In this document: piece by piece, positions 50,424 to 63,006 of the stretch
How the letters are laid out: the number at the start of each line of letters is the position of its first letter
Numbering within the stretch: the stretch's first letter is position 1
NCBI RefSeq assembly: GCF_001194135.2
Contig: NC_069005.1
Coordinates: 19,728,257 to 19,791,696 of the forward strand
Direction: 5' to 3'
Length of the DNA stretch: 63,440 bases
Origin: Octopus bimaculoides
Lineage: Eukaryota
Notes under the pieces: model-generated
Seen by the model: the letters and a program-made list of their open reading frames with translations, nothing else
What the model was told of the DNA's origin: nothing
The model's database searches: none
Position numbers and translations under genes: made by a program

Positions 50424-50961
50424 ATGTACATGTGCATATACATGTATATGTGTGCATTTGTATGTTTGTTCCCCCATCATTGCTTGATAATGGATGTTGG
50501 TTTGTTTACGCCTATGTAACTTAGTAGTTCAGCAAAAGGGACAGACCAAATTAGTTCTAGACTTGGAAAAATAAGTACTGGGTTTGATTTGCTCAGCTAA
50601 ACCTTTCAATACAGTGCCCCTGCATGGCCACAGTCCACTTTTGGTCTTTTACTGAAACAGGTAAAAGACCAATCTAGTATCAGTGTAGGAGTTTGTCCTT
50701 TCATCTGTTACATTCTGAAAGATCTACCATGTTGTCAAGGAGTGGTTTTGTCATGAGGACCCCTAGCCTGTCTCCACACATACATGACTACATAGGGCCC
50801 TAAAACAATTAGCAAAAGCATGGTACGATGCTATCAAGCCATGGCTGCTTGTGAGTGACAGCTGTAGTTCTTTCTTTTTTTTCTGTGTATAAAAAAAAAC
50901 ACACACACAAAAAAAAAATATTTCATTTTGAAATCCTTCCTCTAGTCGTGTAGTCTTTCAG

Positions 50962-51000
50962 TAGCTGAAAATAGCATTGAGAGCCTCTCTGATTACACCA
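50962..51000 (+). CDS. Candidate 39/36-nt microexon (phase 1-1): xAENSIESLSDYT
   Basis: Acceptor gtctttCAG-TAG (NAGNAG), donor cca|gtaagg, open and frame-preserving; TGCATG at 51009, 51017 and 51025, GCATG at 51055. Confidence 0.45.
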
Positions 51001-51284
51001 GTAAGGTTTGCATGTATGCATGCCTGCATGAGCTCTGCTAGCTGTTTCTCCTAGGCATGCACGTCAGACGAGTGAGTGGTGCTATATAATATACCCTGAC
51101 ACTGTTACCAGGTTTTGTTTTTGATGTTTAAATAACAAGGGATTTCTGTTTATGGTGAATTCTAGATGATGGGATCTATTTCTAGCTTTCATTGGCATTC
51201 CAGAAGAATCCCCTAACATACTTGCACATCTGTTTATCCATCCAACCATCCATCTATCTATCTGTGTGTCTATCTATCTGTTTG

Positions 51285-51343
<59 letters not shown>

Positions 51344-51713
51344 GTCTGTGTGTCTTATTTATCTGTCTATGTATCTACTTATGTGCATGTGTGTGTATAT
51401 TTGTGATGTGTCTTTATATAAACTGTCTGTCTATCAAAATACTTGCACACATATATGCATGTGAAATATACATATGCACTTACATCCGTATACATATGAG
51501 TTTACATACATGTGTACGCACACACACACACACACGAGTGGCTTCTTTCAGTTTCCATACACCACATCCACTCACATGACTCTGGCCAGTCCAGTTCTAT
51601 ACCAGGAGATGCTTAACCAAGGAGCCAAGGTGTGTGGACTAAGACTGATACTATGCAAATGCAAAGCAAACTTCATAACCACACACATGTGCACGTACAC
51701 ACACAAGCTCATC

Positions 51714-51749
<36 letters not shown>

Positions 51750-52605
51750 AGTGTGTATATAAACACACATATACACATATTCATAATGTGGGTATAGAAT
51801 GTAAAAGTTTGTGTGTGAGTGAAAAACAGTAGTGTGTGTGTGTGTGAGAGAGAGAGAGATGTATAGTGTCTTTGTGTGCGTGTGTGTGTAAAGGAGTGGT
51901 ATGTAATAGGTTGACCTGTGTGTGTGTCTGTCTGTGTGCCTCTATATGCATGTGTGTGTGTGTGAACATAATGTATGTTGTAAGGAGAAAATGAGAAAGA
52001 TAAAGAGATAGATATATAGTTAGATAGATAGATAGATAGATAGAGAGTGAGAGAGAGAGAGAAAGAGAGAGAGAGAGATAGCAAAGAGATAAAAAATAAA
52101 AAAACCACCTTTCTAGAATCTTAAAGCATTATAATGATGTTATCTTGGGGGAAATTCTGGGGTTTTTTTATGAGGAAAACAGAAGAGGGACACAGTTGTG
52201 GAGCCACAATGATAAACAATTTTGCAAATATCGCTGCTGCTGCTGCTGTTGCTAATGGTGATGCTAATGATATTGATGATACTGACAATATTGAAGGGGA
52301 GGATGATTATGATCATACTGTTGATGATAGTGATGATGATAATTCTTATAATATCTCAGATGATTATGATTGCAGATATGATGATGATGATGATGATGAT
52401 GGTGATACTGATATGATGGTTTCTCTGTTCATCACGGGTCATATATTTATGAGTTAAAGCAAAGATGAGGTTGTTGATTTTAAATAATTATGCGCACATG
52501 TGATAAAAATAATTTAGTGGTGAGAGCAGTATTAATACCAAAAGGCACTCTTAATGTGGATGTCTTGTTAGAATACTGAATACTGTGGCATTAGCCTTGA
52601 GAATT

Positions 52606-53217
52606 TCTCTCATATAGACACATGGCGCATGTTGGCACTAACACATATAGCATAGCAGATGAGAGTCATTTGATATGGGTTCTGGAAGTGCCAGATCACA
52701 TACTTTCAGTATGCTGCATTTCTTCAGTGGCAAGTGTCTAGTGATTGCATATCAGCCAAATCTTGCTGTCATGATATTGTCGCTGATGTTGCAAATAGCC
52801 AGCAGGTTTATTAAAGAAATTATTATTTGTGAAGAGAGCTGTATTCATATCAAAAGGCAATCTTTATATCCAGTTTAATGTGAATGTCTTCTTATAATGC
52901 CAGTATTTGCCTTGAGTGGTCCTCTCATAATAGACACATGCCTTTTGGTGCTAATATTGCTTCGGTTGTTAACAATTATTTTTTAATATGCCTGCTGGCT
53001 AGTTACTACATCAGTGACTGAAATGACACCAATATTCTATAAATCATGGGAGCAAAATTTGGCTGGTATGTGGTCACAGGATGCCTGCCACTGAGGAAGT
53101 GCAATACACTGAAATCATGTGATCTGGCAGTACTAGTGCCCATATGAGAGGATTCTCATCTGCTATGATATATGCGTCTGTGCTTTTATGCACCATGCAT
53201 CTATATGAGAGAGGACC
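52606..53217. mobile_element. Foldback-type element with ~175-bp imperfect inverted arms
   Basis: tctctcatatagacacatgg...catagcagatgaga...gccagatcacat...cagtggca...cagccaaat mirrored at ~53035-53212; right terminus gagaggacc. Confidence 0.8.
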
Positions 53218-54765
53218 TATCAAAGGGAGTTCAACAGCATTCAATGTTCTAACAAGACATCCACATATGTGATATTTAGATTATCAAAACAGCTGTTTCA
53301 GTTGACATTTGAACTGCTGTCACAGTATTTTCTGGCTAATTTAATCATTCAATCCATCCATCTATTGATTGTATATTTCCCTTAAGAAAGCAAAAGGGTG
53401 TAGCCTAGTGGTTAGGGTGTTGCACTCAGGATCTTATGGGTCACAGTTTCGATTCCCAGATAAGTGTGTTGTGTACCTGAGCAAAGAATTTCATTTCACA
53501 TTGTTCCAGTTCACTCAGATGTAAATGAGTTCCAGAAATAGCTGGGAAATTATCCCTGCAATGGGCCAGTGTCCCCTTTAGTGGGGAGTGTTGTAATCTC
53601 AGTCACTTATATTCCTTAGAAAGTTAACTCTGGGCCATATGAGTCCTCAGGCTCAAGACAGACTTGAGTCTTAAAAATAACTACAAAAAATCCCCTGCAA
53701 AACAATGTCTCAATTGTGTATATGTGTATATTCATCTAACCCATGCTGGTTAGGGAGAAAATGGATGTAAATCAAAGAAAAAAAAAAAAACGAGCATTTT
53801 TACAACTTTCTCAATTTGAGGGCAACTTTTCTCCCATCAACCTCTGAGACCTTGAAAAAGATTACGAGGACTGCCTTCTTTCATTAACTCAGAAAATCCA
53901 ACCCCNNNNNNNNNNNNNNNNNNNNNNNNNNNNNNNNNNNNNNNNNNNNNNNNNNNNNNNNNNNNNNNNNNNNNNNNNNNNNNNNNNNNNNNNNNNNNNN
54001 NNNNNNNNNNNNNNNNNNNNNNNNNNNNNNNNNNNNNNNNNNNNNNNNNNNNNNNNNNNNNNNNNNNNNNNNNNNNNNNNNNNNNNNNNNNNNNNNNNNN
54101 NNNNNNNNNNNNNNNNNNNNNNNNNNNNNNNNNNNNNNNNNNNNNNNNNNNNNNNNNNNNNNNNNNNNNNNNNNNNNNNNNNNNNNNNNNNNNNNNNNNN
54201 NNNNNNNNNNNNNNNNNNNNNNNNNNNNNNNNNNNNNNNNNNNNNNNNNNNNNNNNNNNNNNNNNNNNNNNNNNNNNNNNNNNNNNNNNNNNNNNNNNNN
54301 NNNNNNNNNNNNNNNNNNNNNNNNNNNNNNNNNNNNNNNNNNNNNNNNNNNNNNNNNNNNNNNNNNNNNNNNNNNNNNNNNNNNNNNNNNNNNNNNNNNN
54401 NNNNNNNNNNNNNNNNNNNNNNNNNNNNNNNNNNNNNNNNNNNNNGGTGGTGGTGGTAAGGTGGCAGGGTAGGGCGAGGAGGTTCATTGGCTGACGATCA
54501 ACTGTTAGTGTAATAAAACTTTTGGCAATCCTCCCTTTTTTCTGTCTTGATGACGAGACCCGGGTTTGTCTTTTTGGCTATTTTGATCGACCAAGAATTT
54601 GAAGGGTGGTGGACATAGGCATATGTGGTGGTGCAGTTTTACACTTGTTTCAGCCCCTCTTTTCACTCACTCTCATCCTCTCTCTCTCTCTCTCTCTCGC
54701 TCATCCTTTCTCTCTCTCTCGCTCATCCTTTCTCTCTCTCTCTCATCCTTTCTCTCTCTCTCTCT

Positions 54766-54834
<69 letters not shown>

Positions 54835-55435
54835 NNNNNNNNNNNNNNNNNNNNNNNNNNNNNNNNNNNNNNNNNNNNNNNNNNNNNNNNNNNNNNNNNN
54901 NNNNNNNNNNNNNNNNNNNNNNNNNNNNNNNNNNNNNNNNNNNNNNNNNNNNNNNNNNNNNNNNNNNNNNNNNNNNNNNNNNNNNNNNNNNNNNNNNNNN
55001 NNNNNNNNNNNNNNNNNNNNNNNNNNNNNNNNNNNNNNNNNNNNNNNNNNNNNNNNNNNNNNNNNNNNNNNNNNNNNNNNNNNNNNNNNNNNNNNNNNNN
55101 NNNNNNNNNNNNNNNNNNNNNNNNNNNNNNNNNNNNNNNNNNNNNNNNNNNNNNNNNNNNNNNNNNNNNNNNNNNNNNNNNNNNNNNNNNNNNNNNNNNN
55201 NNNNNNNNNNNNNNNNNNNNNNNNNNNNNNNNNNNNNNNNNNNNNNNNNNNNNNNNNNNNNNNNNNNNNNNNNNNNNNNNNNNNNNNNNNNNNNNNNNNN
55301 NNNNNNNNNNNNNNNNNNNNNNNNNNNNNNNNNNNNNNNNNNNNNNNNNNNNNNNNNNNNNNNNNNNNNNNNNNNNNNNNNNNNNNNNNNNNNNNNNNNN
55401 NNNNNNNNNNNNNNNNNNNNNNNNNNNNNNNNNNN

Positions 55436-55494
<59 letters not shown>

Positions 55495-55528
55495 ATTTTG
55501 TGCATGCACACATGAGTGTGGATGTCAT

Positions 55529-55561
<33 letters not shown>

Positions 55562-55824
55562 TCATAATTTTACTTTTCCAGCCTTCCATGGGTCAGCTGG
55601 AATTTGTCGAGGTGAAGTCTTTTACTTACCAGGTGCTCTTCCTGTCACACACTTTTGCATTTCTAAATCAGGTGATATTTCCTCATGGCCAGACAGGTTC
55701 CTTGCAGCAGGTTCAGAATGAATGATTGCTTACATGATGGCAGTACTTGTTTACAACTATGGTACTATATCAAGATGAAGGGACACACACATGTGTGTAT
55801 GTGCAAAGTCAACTCCAACTTTGG

Positions 55825-56065
55825 GACCAACTTCGTGCAAGCAAGAAGGCACACTGGCAAAATGCTGCTCCTCTAAATGGAAACCTTACCTGTCATTGTG
55901 GTTTTGTTGCATGAAGCAAAGCAAGTCTTACCATCCACTCAAGAAAGCTTGTTGTAAATGGTCCACAAGCACTCTAGCAAACTGAGTCTTCAGTTTGTTC
56001 CATTTGCCAAAAGGTTTGCAAGGCACCAGCAGGCCTCAAGAGACAAATTCGTGTCCCTTGGACAT
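55825..56065 (+). pseudogene. Decayed tandem C2H2-like zinc-finger segment, probably a LINE C-terminus
   Basis: One frame: LTCHCGFVA*SKASLTIHSRK...L*QTESSVCSICQKVCKAPAGLKRQIRV; two stops. Confidence 0.55.
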
Positions 56066-56686
56066 TGATTAACGCTTTATTTTACTGAACCCTCATTTGG
56101 TGTTCACGACAAGAGAGTCCATCATGTATGTATGTATATATGTATCTGTCTGTCTGTCTGTCTATACACACACACAAATATACAACAGGTTTCTTTTAGT
56201 TTCTGTGAAACATTTCCATTCATGGAGTTTGGTCACACTTGCATATATATATATATATATATGCATGTGTGTGTATAGATATGAGTTGTAGTGTGTTATT
56301 CATCTACACAAGGAACTGTTCCTCATGTAGATGAGCAACACATTATAATAACCAAAATGTATTCTAAGACAAATAAGCAAAACAAATTAAAAATCGAGGT
56401 ATCTTTTGACAAGTCACCTGATGAGACACATCTGTACCCAAGATACACCACAGTTGTTTGTACAGCATCTCACCCACAAGCCACCAGTGCATGGTGGGTC
56501 GTAAATATCGTAGTGAATAATAAAGAATCGCATGAATTCCATTTTCTTTGCTCTCGTATTTTATATATGTATTATGCATGTTACACATGCTGTATATCAT
56601 CACATCAAAAGTTTCCATCTGTTTTTCCATGCTGACATGTGTTGGGTGGTTTGCCACAGTCTGCATCATCTTACACATGCATGCAT

Positions 56687-56687
<1 letters not shown>

Positions 56688-56771
<84 letters not shown>
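56688..56771. repeat. (CA)n microsatellite
   Basis: Direct reading; one of dozens of CA/TA/CT tracts in the window. Confidence 0.95.
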
Positions 56772-56772
<1 letters not shown>

Positions 56773-57511
56773 TTCCAGAGAAAACCAGCCAATTTTGCTA
56801 TTGTATATTATGTGTCTAATAGTCTGGGTTGGGGTGTATTTTATTAGTGCCAGTGGCACTAAAGAGGTTATTTTGAGGTTGCTGACTAAGCACTTTTTAT
56901 CTTTTAAAATTTTCTTCTGACCTTGGACTCATAAGTCTGATTATTCCCCACCCTTTCTTTTTCTCTTTTTTTCAAAACCTTTTTCTTGAATCGTAGGACT
57001 CTTAATGCTAATTACCTGGTTCTAATGGTGTGTAAGTGACTTAAATCACAACATACCCTGAAACAGGATGCCAGTCTGGAGCAGAATTCAAGAGCAACAT
57101 TTTTTGACAGAAGGGGACAAATTAATTACATTGAACCTAGTTGTTGATTGGTACTTTATTTTATCGACTTTGAAGGAATGAAAAGCAAAGTTGATCTCAA
57201 CAGGATTTGAACTTAGAATGTAAAGAGTCAGAAGAAATGCTGCTAAGCATTTTGGCTGACTTGCTTGCAATTTCTGCTGGCATACTGTCAAAGTTGTTTT
57301 ATGTAGTTACTTCTGTTGGCCAGTTTCAGCCAGTTAAGCCAGCGCCAGACTGCTTACTGGCCGAAACTTCAAAGTCATTGTTAGTAATATTCTTGTTTAA
57401 GAATAATGAATTTGTACTCTACAAAAGTAATATGCCATTAGTAATGAATGTAATGTAAAATTGTTTTTATTATTACTGAACATAAAAACAAACATTAATA
57501 TATGGATGTAT

Positions 57512-57579
<68 letters not shown>

Positions 57580-57681
57580 ACACACACGCACAAACATATG
57601 TGAATAGAGGTCTGACCCATGTCAGCAAATAACATGGATGTTAAATGATGGTATGTGTATGTATATAGATGTGTTTATGTA

Positions 57682-57739
<58 letters not shown>

Positions 57740-58959
57740 TAGGTATGTATATGTCGTGTGTATGCATGTATGTTTGTATGAATATATATATATATATATA
57801 TATTTGTGTATATACACACATACATATATGTGGATGTTTGTGTGTGTAGACATATAAACCAAATGGCATATTTCCCAGATGCTAGAAAGAGAAAAAGCCT
57901 CCTGTTACTTGTCTTTTCTACACATCTTTTCAACACTTTCTTTTGACCCTGAGCCCACCCTCACTAACTGGCTGTGTGTGTGTGTTTGCTGTAATATATC
58001 TACCCTGCTTTTTCTTTCCATACATCTCTTATTGTCTGAATCTATCTCCCTATATATATATATCTGTCTATCTCTCTGTATCTTTCTCTCTCTCTCCCTA
58101 CCTCTCTATCTACTTCACTATTTTCTCAGTCTGTCTGTTCGTTAGTCTGTTCCTTTCCCCCTCTCTTTTTCCTCAAGTCAATCTAAGCTATCTAGTATGG
58201 AATGTGCAGTAATGACAAACACCTCTATTCTCCTCTCATATTTTCCCCCTCTTCTTGCTCTCCATACTTCCCTCTCATCTCCTCTCCTCCCCTATCATAT
58301 TCTACAACCCTGTGCCCTTCTCCCTAAACCCACCCCATCATCTTTCGCTATGCACTTTACTTTGATTTTTAACCTGAAGTAGATACCTTAATAACATTCA
58401 TCTAGCCCCTATCCTCCCTTGCCCTCCCTCTCTCCACAACATTCTCCCTTTTAACCTTCTGATATATGAGCACCTTCAGAGACTAATTACTTACCAAAAA
58501 TAGACAAGGACCCTCAGCCCTTTCCCCCACCACTACCAAAAAGCCACATTTTAATGATTATTATAAATAGACATAATATTTTCTTTTATGTTTAGTCCAC
58601 ATGGTTGACAACTCATATATACACACACACACACTGTGCCTTTTGGAATCTGTGCCTCTCTAACAAAACCCTTAAGAGGGGTTGTATTTTTAAACACTGT
58701 TGTGCAAAATTTAGCATGAGTCAATCAGAAGACCCATTTTTAAGCAGTGTTACAGTTCTATTTATGATTTCTTACATGTAAGCACAGGAATGGCTGTGTT
58801 GGTAAGAAGCTTGCTTTGTGGTTTAGGGTTCAGTCCCACTGCTTGGCACCTTGGGCAGGTGTCTTCCTCAATAGCCCCAGACCGACTAATGCCTTGTGAG
58901 TGAATTTGGTAGACAAAAACTGTGAGAAGCCCACAGTTATATATATGAAGTAAACACCC

Positions 58960-59280
58960 TCTTCATTCATGAATGACCATGGGATTATACCGAGAAAGTC
59001 ACCCTCCAAGGCAAGTACAGGCAAGGTTGTTTATGGAAGACCAGCAATCGCCCATGCATACCAGCCTCCCCTCTCTACACCAGTGTTATCCAAAGGAAAG
59101 GTAAAGGCCGATACACCTTGACACCAATGACGTCACAACTCATTTCTACAGCTGAGTGAAATGGAGCAATGTGAAATAAAGTGTCTTGCTCAAGAACACA
59201 ACACACTGCTCAGTCTGGGTATTGAATTTACTACCTAATGATTGTGAACCTGATTCTCTAACCACTGAGCCATGTGTCTC
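58960..59280 (-). mobile_element. Near full-length CORE-like SINE
   Basis: Head gagacacatggctcagtggttagagaatc..., CORE-like block at 59140-59205, distinct 3' tail. Confidence 0.75.
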
Positions 59281-59794
59281 CCCCCCCCCCCNNNNNNNNN
59301 NCCACATACACAAACACACACACACACACACGAGGATGGAAGATACCAGGCTTTAATAGTAGATCATAACATTTGTTTCTCACAGCAAACCAGCCTTAAG
59401 TTGGTATATATTCATATACCATTATAGAAGATTATTGTTTATAACTTATATATAGTTGTACATTTTTCAGCAACAGCTGTATGTGGGCACTCCATCAGGA
59501 GGAATATATATATATATATATGCACATATGTGTGTATGTATATATGTGAATGCAAAAGTGTGTGCATTTGTGACTCTTCGTCTTGACATAGTAACATGTA
59601 AATGAATGCCACTGTCATATGAGCAGTGTCAAGCCAAGGGAGAATATTACTTTGTTTCGAAACTGGTGAATGTTGGTGATGGAAAAAGCATCTGACTGTA
59701 GAAAATCTGCCTCAGTAAACTCTGTCTGACCAATGCAAGCATTGAAAAGTGGACATTTAAATGATGAGGATGATGAATGATAGGTTTGGACAGA

Positions 59795-60478
59795 AGAAGA
59801 ACTAAATACTTTTTGGATAAATTGATGGAGAAAGAAATAACAGAAAAATTTAAGGTGGGGTACTTGCGGAGAATGAGACTGATTCTTAAGTTGAAATTAA
59901 ACGGACGGAATGAGATTGAAGCTATCAACACCTCGGCGGTTTCACTCCTTAGATATGGAGCAAGGGTAATCGCATGGACAGTAGACAAACTAAACAGCTT
60001 AGACAGAAAGACAAGGAAGTTGCTAACTAGATATGGGACACTCCACCCAAAAAGTGACACAGACAGACTGTATATACCAAGAAAAAGAAGGGGAAGAGGA
60101 TTTATTGGATATGAACACAGCATTAGAGCAGAAGAAAACAAGATAGCATGGTATGTAAGAAATGCCACAGAACCACCATTATTAGAAGTAAGAAGGTCAG
60201 GCTTGTGTAGGATGAAAGATTGCAAAGATAAAGCGCTGTACAAGAAATTGAAAACAAATGAAACTGAAAATAGGTAGGTAAAGAAAAGAATGCATGGTCA
60301 ATTTCATAGGGATATTGAAGATAAGACAGACAGAGAAAAAAGATGGCTGTGGATGACTAAAAGTGATTTAAAACCGGAAACGGAGGCTCTAATCTTTGCT
60401 GCCCAAGTGCAAGCACTAAGAACAAACTACATAAAACACAGCAGAAAGTGATAAGTGCAGAATGTGTGGACAAAATGG
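59795..60478 (+). mobile_element. R4/Dong-clade LINE internal fragment (RT thumb to zinc finger)
   Basis: YLRRMRLILKLKLNGRN..EAINT.AVSLLRYG, LHPKSDTDRLYIPRK..GRG, KRMHGQF, LKPETEALIFAAQVQALRTNY, CRMCGQ. Confidence 0.9.
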
Positions 60479-60672
60479 CTCCAGGGTTTTCCAGTTGCTC
60501 ATTTTTTTGCTGATTTCCTTCACTTCCCTAACTGAAATGACTAGTTCTGCCTGTTTTAGACAGACTACTGTTTGTTTCAGTTCTTGCAACCATTCAGCAT
60601 CTTTTTTGTGTTCCTTGTCTTTGCTCCAGATGTCACTCCAAAACCTTTGACTTTCACTGTTATCTGATACCA
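60478..60672 (-). mobile_element. R4/Dong-clade LINE pre-RT fragment, inverted
   Basis: ESQRFWSDIWSKDKEHKKDAEWLQELK...KKMSNWKT (cf. NWKAPGPD); its 5' end abuts (AAT)n. Confidence 0.85.
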
Positions 60673-60700
60673 GATAATTATTATTATTATTATTATTTTT

Positions 60701-60732
<32 letters not shown>

Positions 60733-60737
60733 GATAA

Positions 60738-61193
60738 AAGTGGCATGCTGGCAGAATCATTAGCATGCCGGGCAAAATGCTTAGTGGCATTTCGTCCATC
60801 TTTATGTTTTGAGTTCAAATTTCGCTGGTCAACTATTCCTTTCATTCTTTCGGGGTCGATAAAATAAGTCCCAGTTGAACACTGGGATCAATATAAAATC
60901 GACTTACCCCTCACCCCAGATTTCAGGCCATGAACCTATAGCAAAAAAGGAAAAAGATTATTATTATTATTGTTGTTGTTAAGGCAGGGAGCTGGTAGAA
61001 TCATTACCATGCCAGGCAATATGCTTAGTGGTATTTTGCCTGTCGCTACGTTCTGATTCAAATTCTGCCGAGGTTGACTTTGTCTTTCATCCTTTTGAGG
61101 TTGATGAATTAAGTATGAGTGAAACACTGGGGTTGATGTAATTGACTAATCCTCTCCCCACAAACTTCAGGCCTTGTGCCTTTAGTAGAAAGG

Positions 61194-61245
<52 letters not shown>

Positions 61246-61620
61246 TGGCAGGCTGGCAGCATTGTTTGCCTGCCAGGCAAATTGCTTAGTGGCATTTTGT
61301 CCAACTTTACATTCTGAGTTCAGATTCTGCTGAGGCCAACTTTGTCTTTTCATACTTTTGGGGTCAGTAAAATAAGTGACAGTTGAACACTGGGGTTGAT
61401 GTAATCGATTTACCCCCTTCCTTGAAATTGCTGGCCTTGTGCCAAAATTTGAAACCATTATTATTATAGTCATTATTATTAGTATTCTGTCAAGGTCGAC
61501 TTTGTCTTTCATCCTTTTGAGGTGGTTAAAATAAGTACCAGCTAAGCACTAGGTTTGATGTAATCAACTTAGTCCATCTCTTGAAATTGCTGGTCTTGTG
61601 CCAGAATTTGAAACCACCAC
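60738..61620 (+). mobile_element. Head-to-tail chain of four family B SINEs joined by (ATT)n
   Basis: Copies at ~60738-60960, 60982-61200, 61243-61465 and a partial at 61485-61620. Confidence 0.85.
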
Positions 61621-62075
61621 CACCGTCATCGTTGACGTTGTCATCATCATCATCATCATCATCATCACCATCATCATCAATACTTATTTGCAAAATGTCT
61701 GAGGATTGCCTTTCCTAGCTTGGAGCTTAAAGTAATGTTATATGTATACTTCTGTGTGTTTTTATTATTTTTATTATTATTTAGTTAAAAAGAGTTACAT
61801 ATCTGCACCTAAATGTTTTCAAGCAATCAACCATATGCTCACCTGCATTCGTCAGTGAACTTTATACTTTTCTCTTCAATCCACTAATGAATGCAATCAA
61901 CCATAAGCTTGTTTGGATGGAGTGTTTATGTCTGCGTATATAATTCAGTTTACCTTATGCATGTGTGTGTGTGTATGTGTGTGTGTAAACAAATGTATAT
62001 TAGACTTAAATTTTGACACAAGGGAGTTCTGAGTACTGTAATGCTTGTTTTTTTGTACCCTAAAATAAACATAAG

Positions 62076-62114
<39 letters not shown>

Positions 62115-62330
62115 NNNNNNNNNNNNNNNNNNNNNNNNNNNNNNNNNNNNNNNNNNNNNNNNNNNNNNNNNNNNNNNNNNNNNNNNNNNNNNNNNNNNNN
62201 NNNNNNNNNNNNNNNNNNNNNNNNNNNNNNNNNNNNNNNNNNNNNNNNNNNNNNNNNNNNNNNNNNNNNNNNNNNNNNNNNNNNNNNNNNNNNNNNNNNN
62301 NNNNNNNNNNNNNNNNNNNNNNNNNNNNNN

Positions 62331-62372
<42 letters not shown>

Positions 62373-62884
62373 TCCACACAACCTTGGCTTTGTTGTTTCA
62401 TTTTATTTAACACACACACACACACACATACACATATGTATGTGTGTATGTGTATACTGATATTCCTTGTCCTGATATTCCGTGATCGTTGTAAACGAGG
62501 ATCACTTTCATACAAGTGGTGTTGTTCATTTCCTGTCTTCCATGAGAAATATTACTTTGCTTGGGAATAGATGAGGGTTGGCAATCGGATGGGTATCTGA
62601 CCATAGAGACAAATTCTCCCTGACCCATGCAAGTATGGAAAAGTGGACATTACACGATGATAATTATCACACACACACACACACACACACACACATGCAT
62701 GTGCATATATTCAACTACAAGTTTGGCCAAGTAGTTGAGACGTTCTCTTTGAAAGTATGTGATATCTGGTTCATTGCCACTGTATGGATGTAGTTGGTTA
62801 GTGTTTTCTACTATAGTTGCAGGTTGTCCAATACTTTGTGAAAGTAGAAGCCTGTCATGTGTTTATATATGTGTGTATGATGCA

Positions 62885-62924
<40 letters not shown>

Positions 62925-63006
62925 ATTGTTAAAGAGGACAACAAACATTAAGGCAAGGCAAACATCTCAAGTTATATACAATATTATTATTGGAAAAAAT
63001 TCAAAC

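Noticed and set aside
52134-52457. Asp-rich 107-aa ORF
   Set aside because: Degenerate (GAT)n tract with no splice or homology support.
59795-60672. Twin-priming 5' inversion
   Set aside because: The geometry is wrong: the 3' ends meet at the junction and the element tail is absent.
3620-62515. Dozens of 60-800 aa ORFs rich in CV, HT, YI, LS, ER or X
   Set aside because: They are translations of dinucleotide microsatellites and N gaps, not genes.
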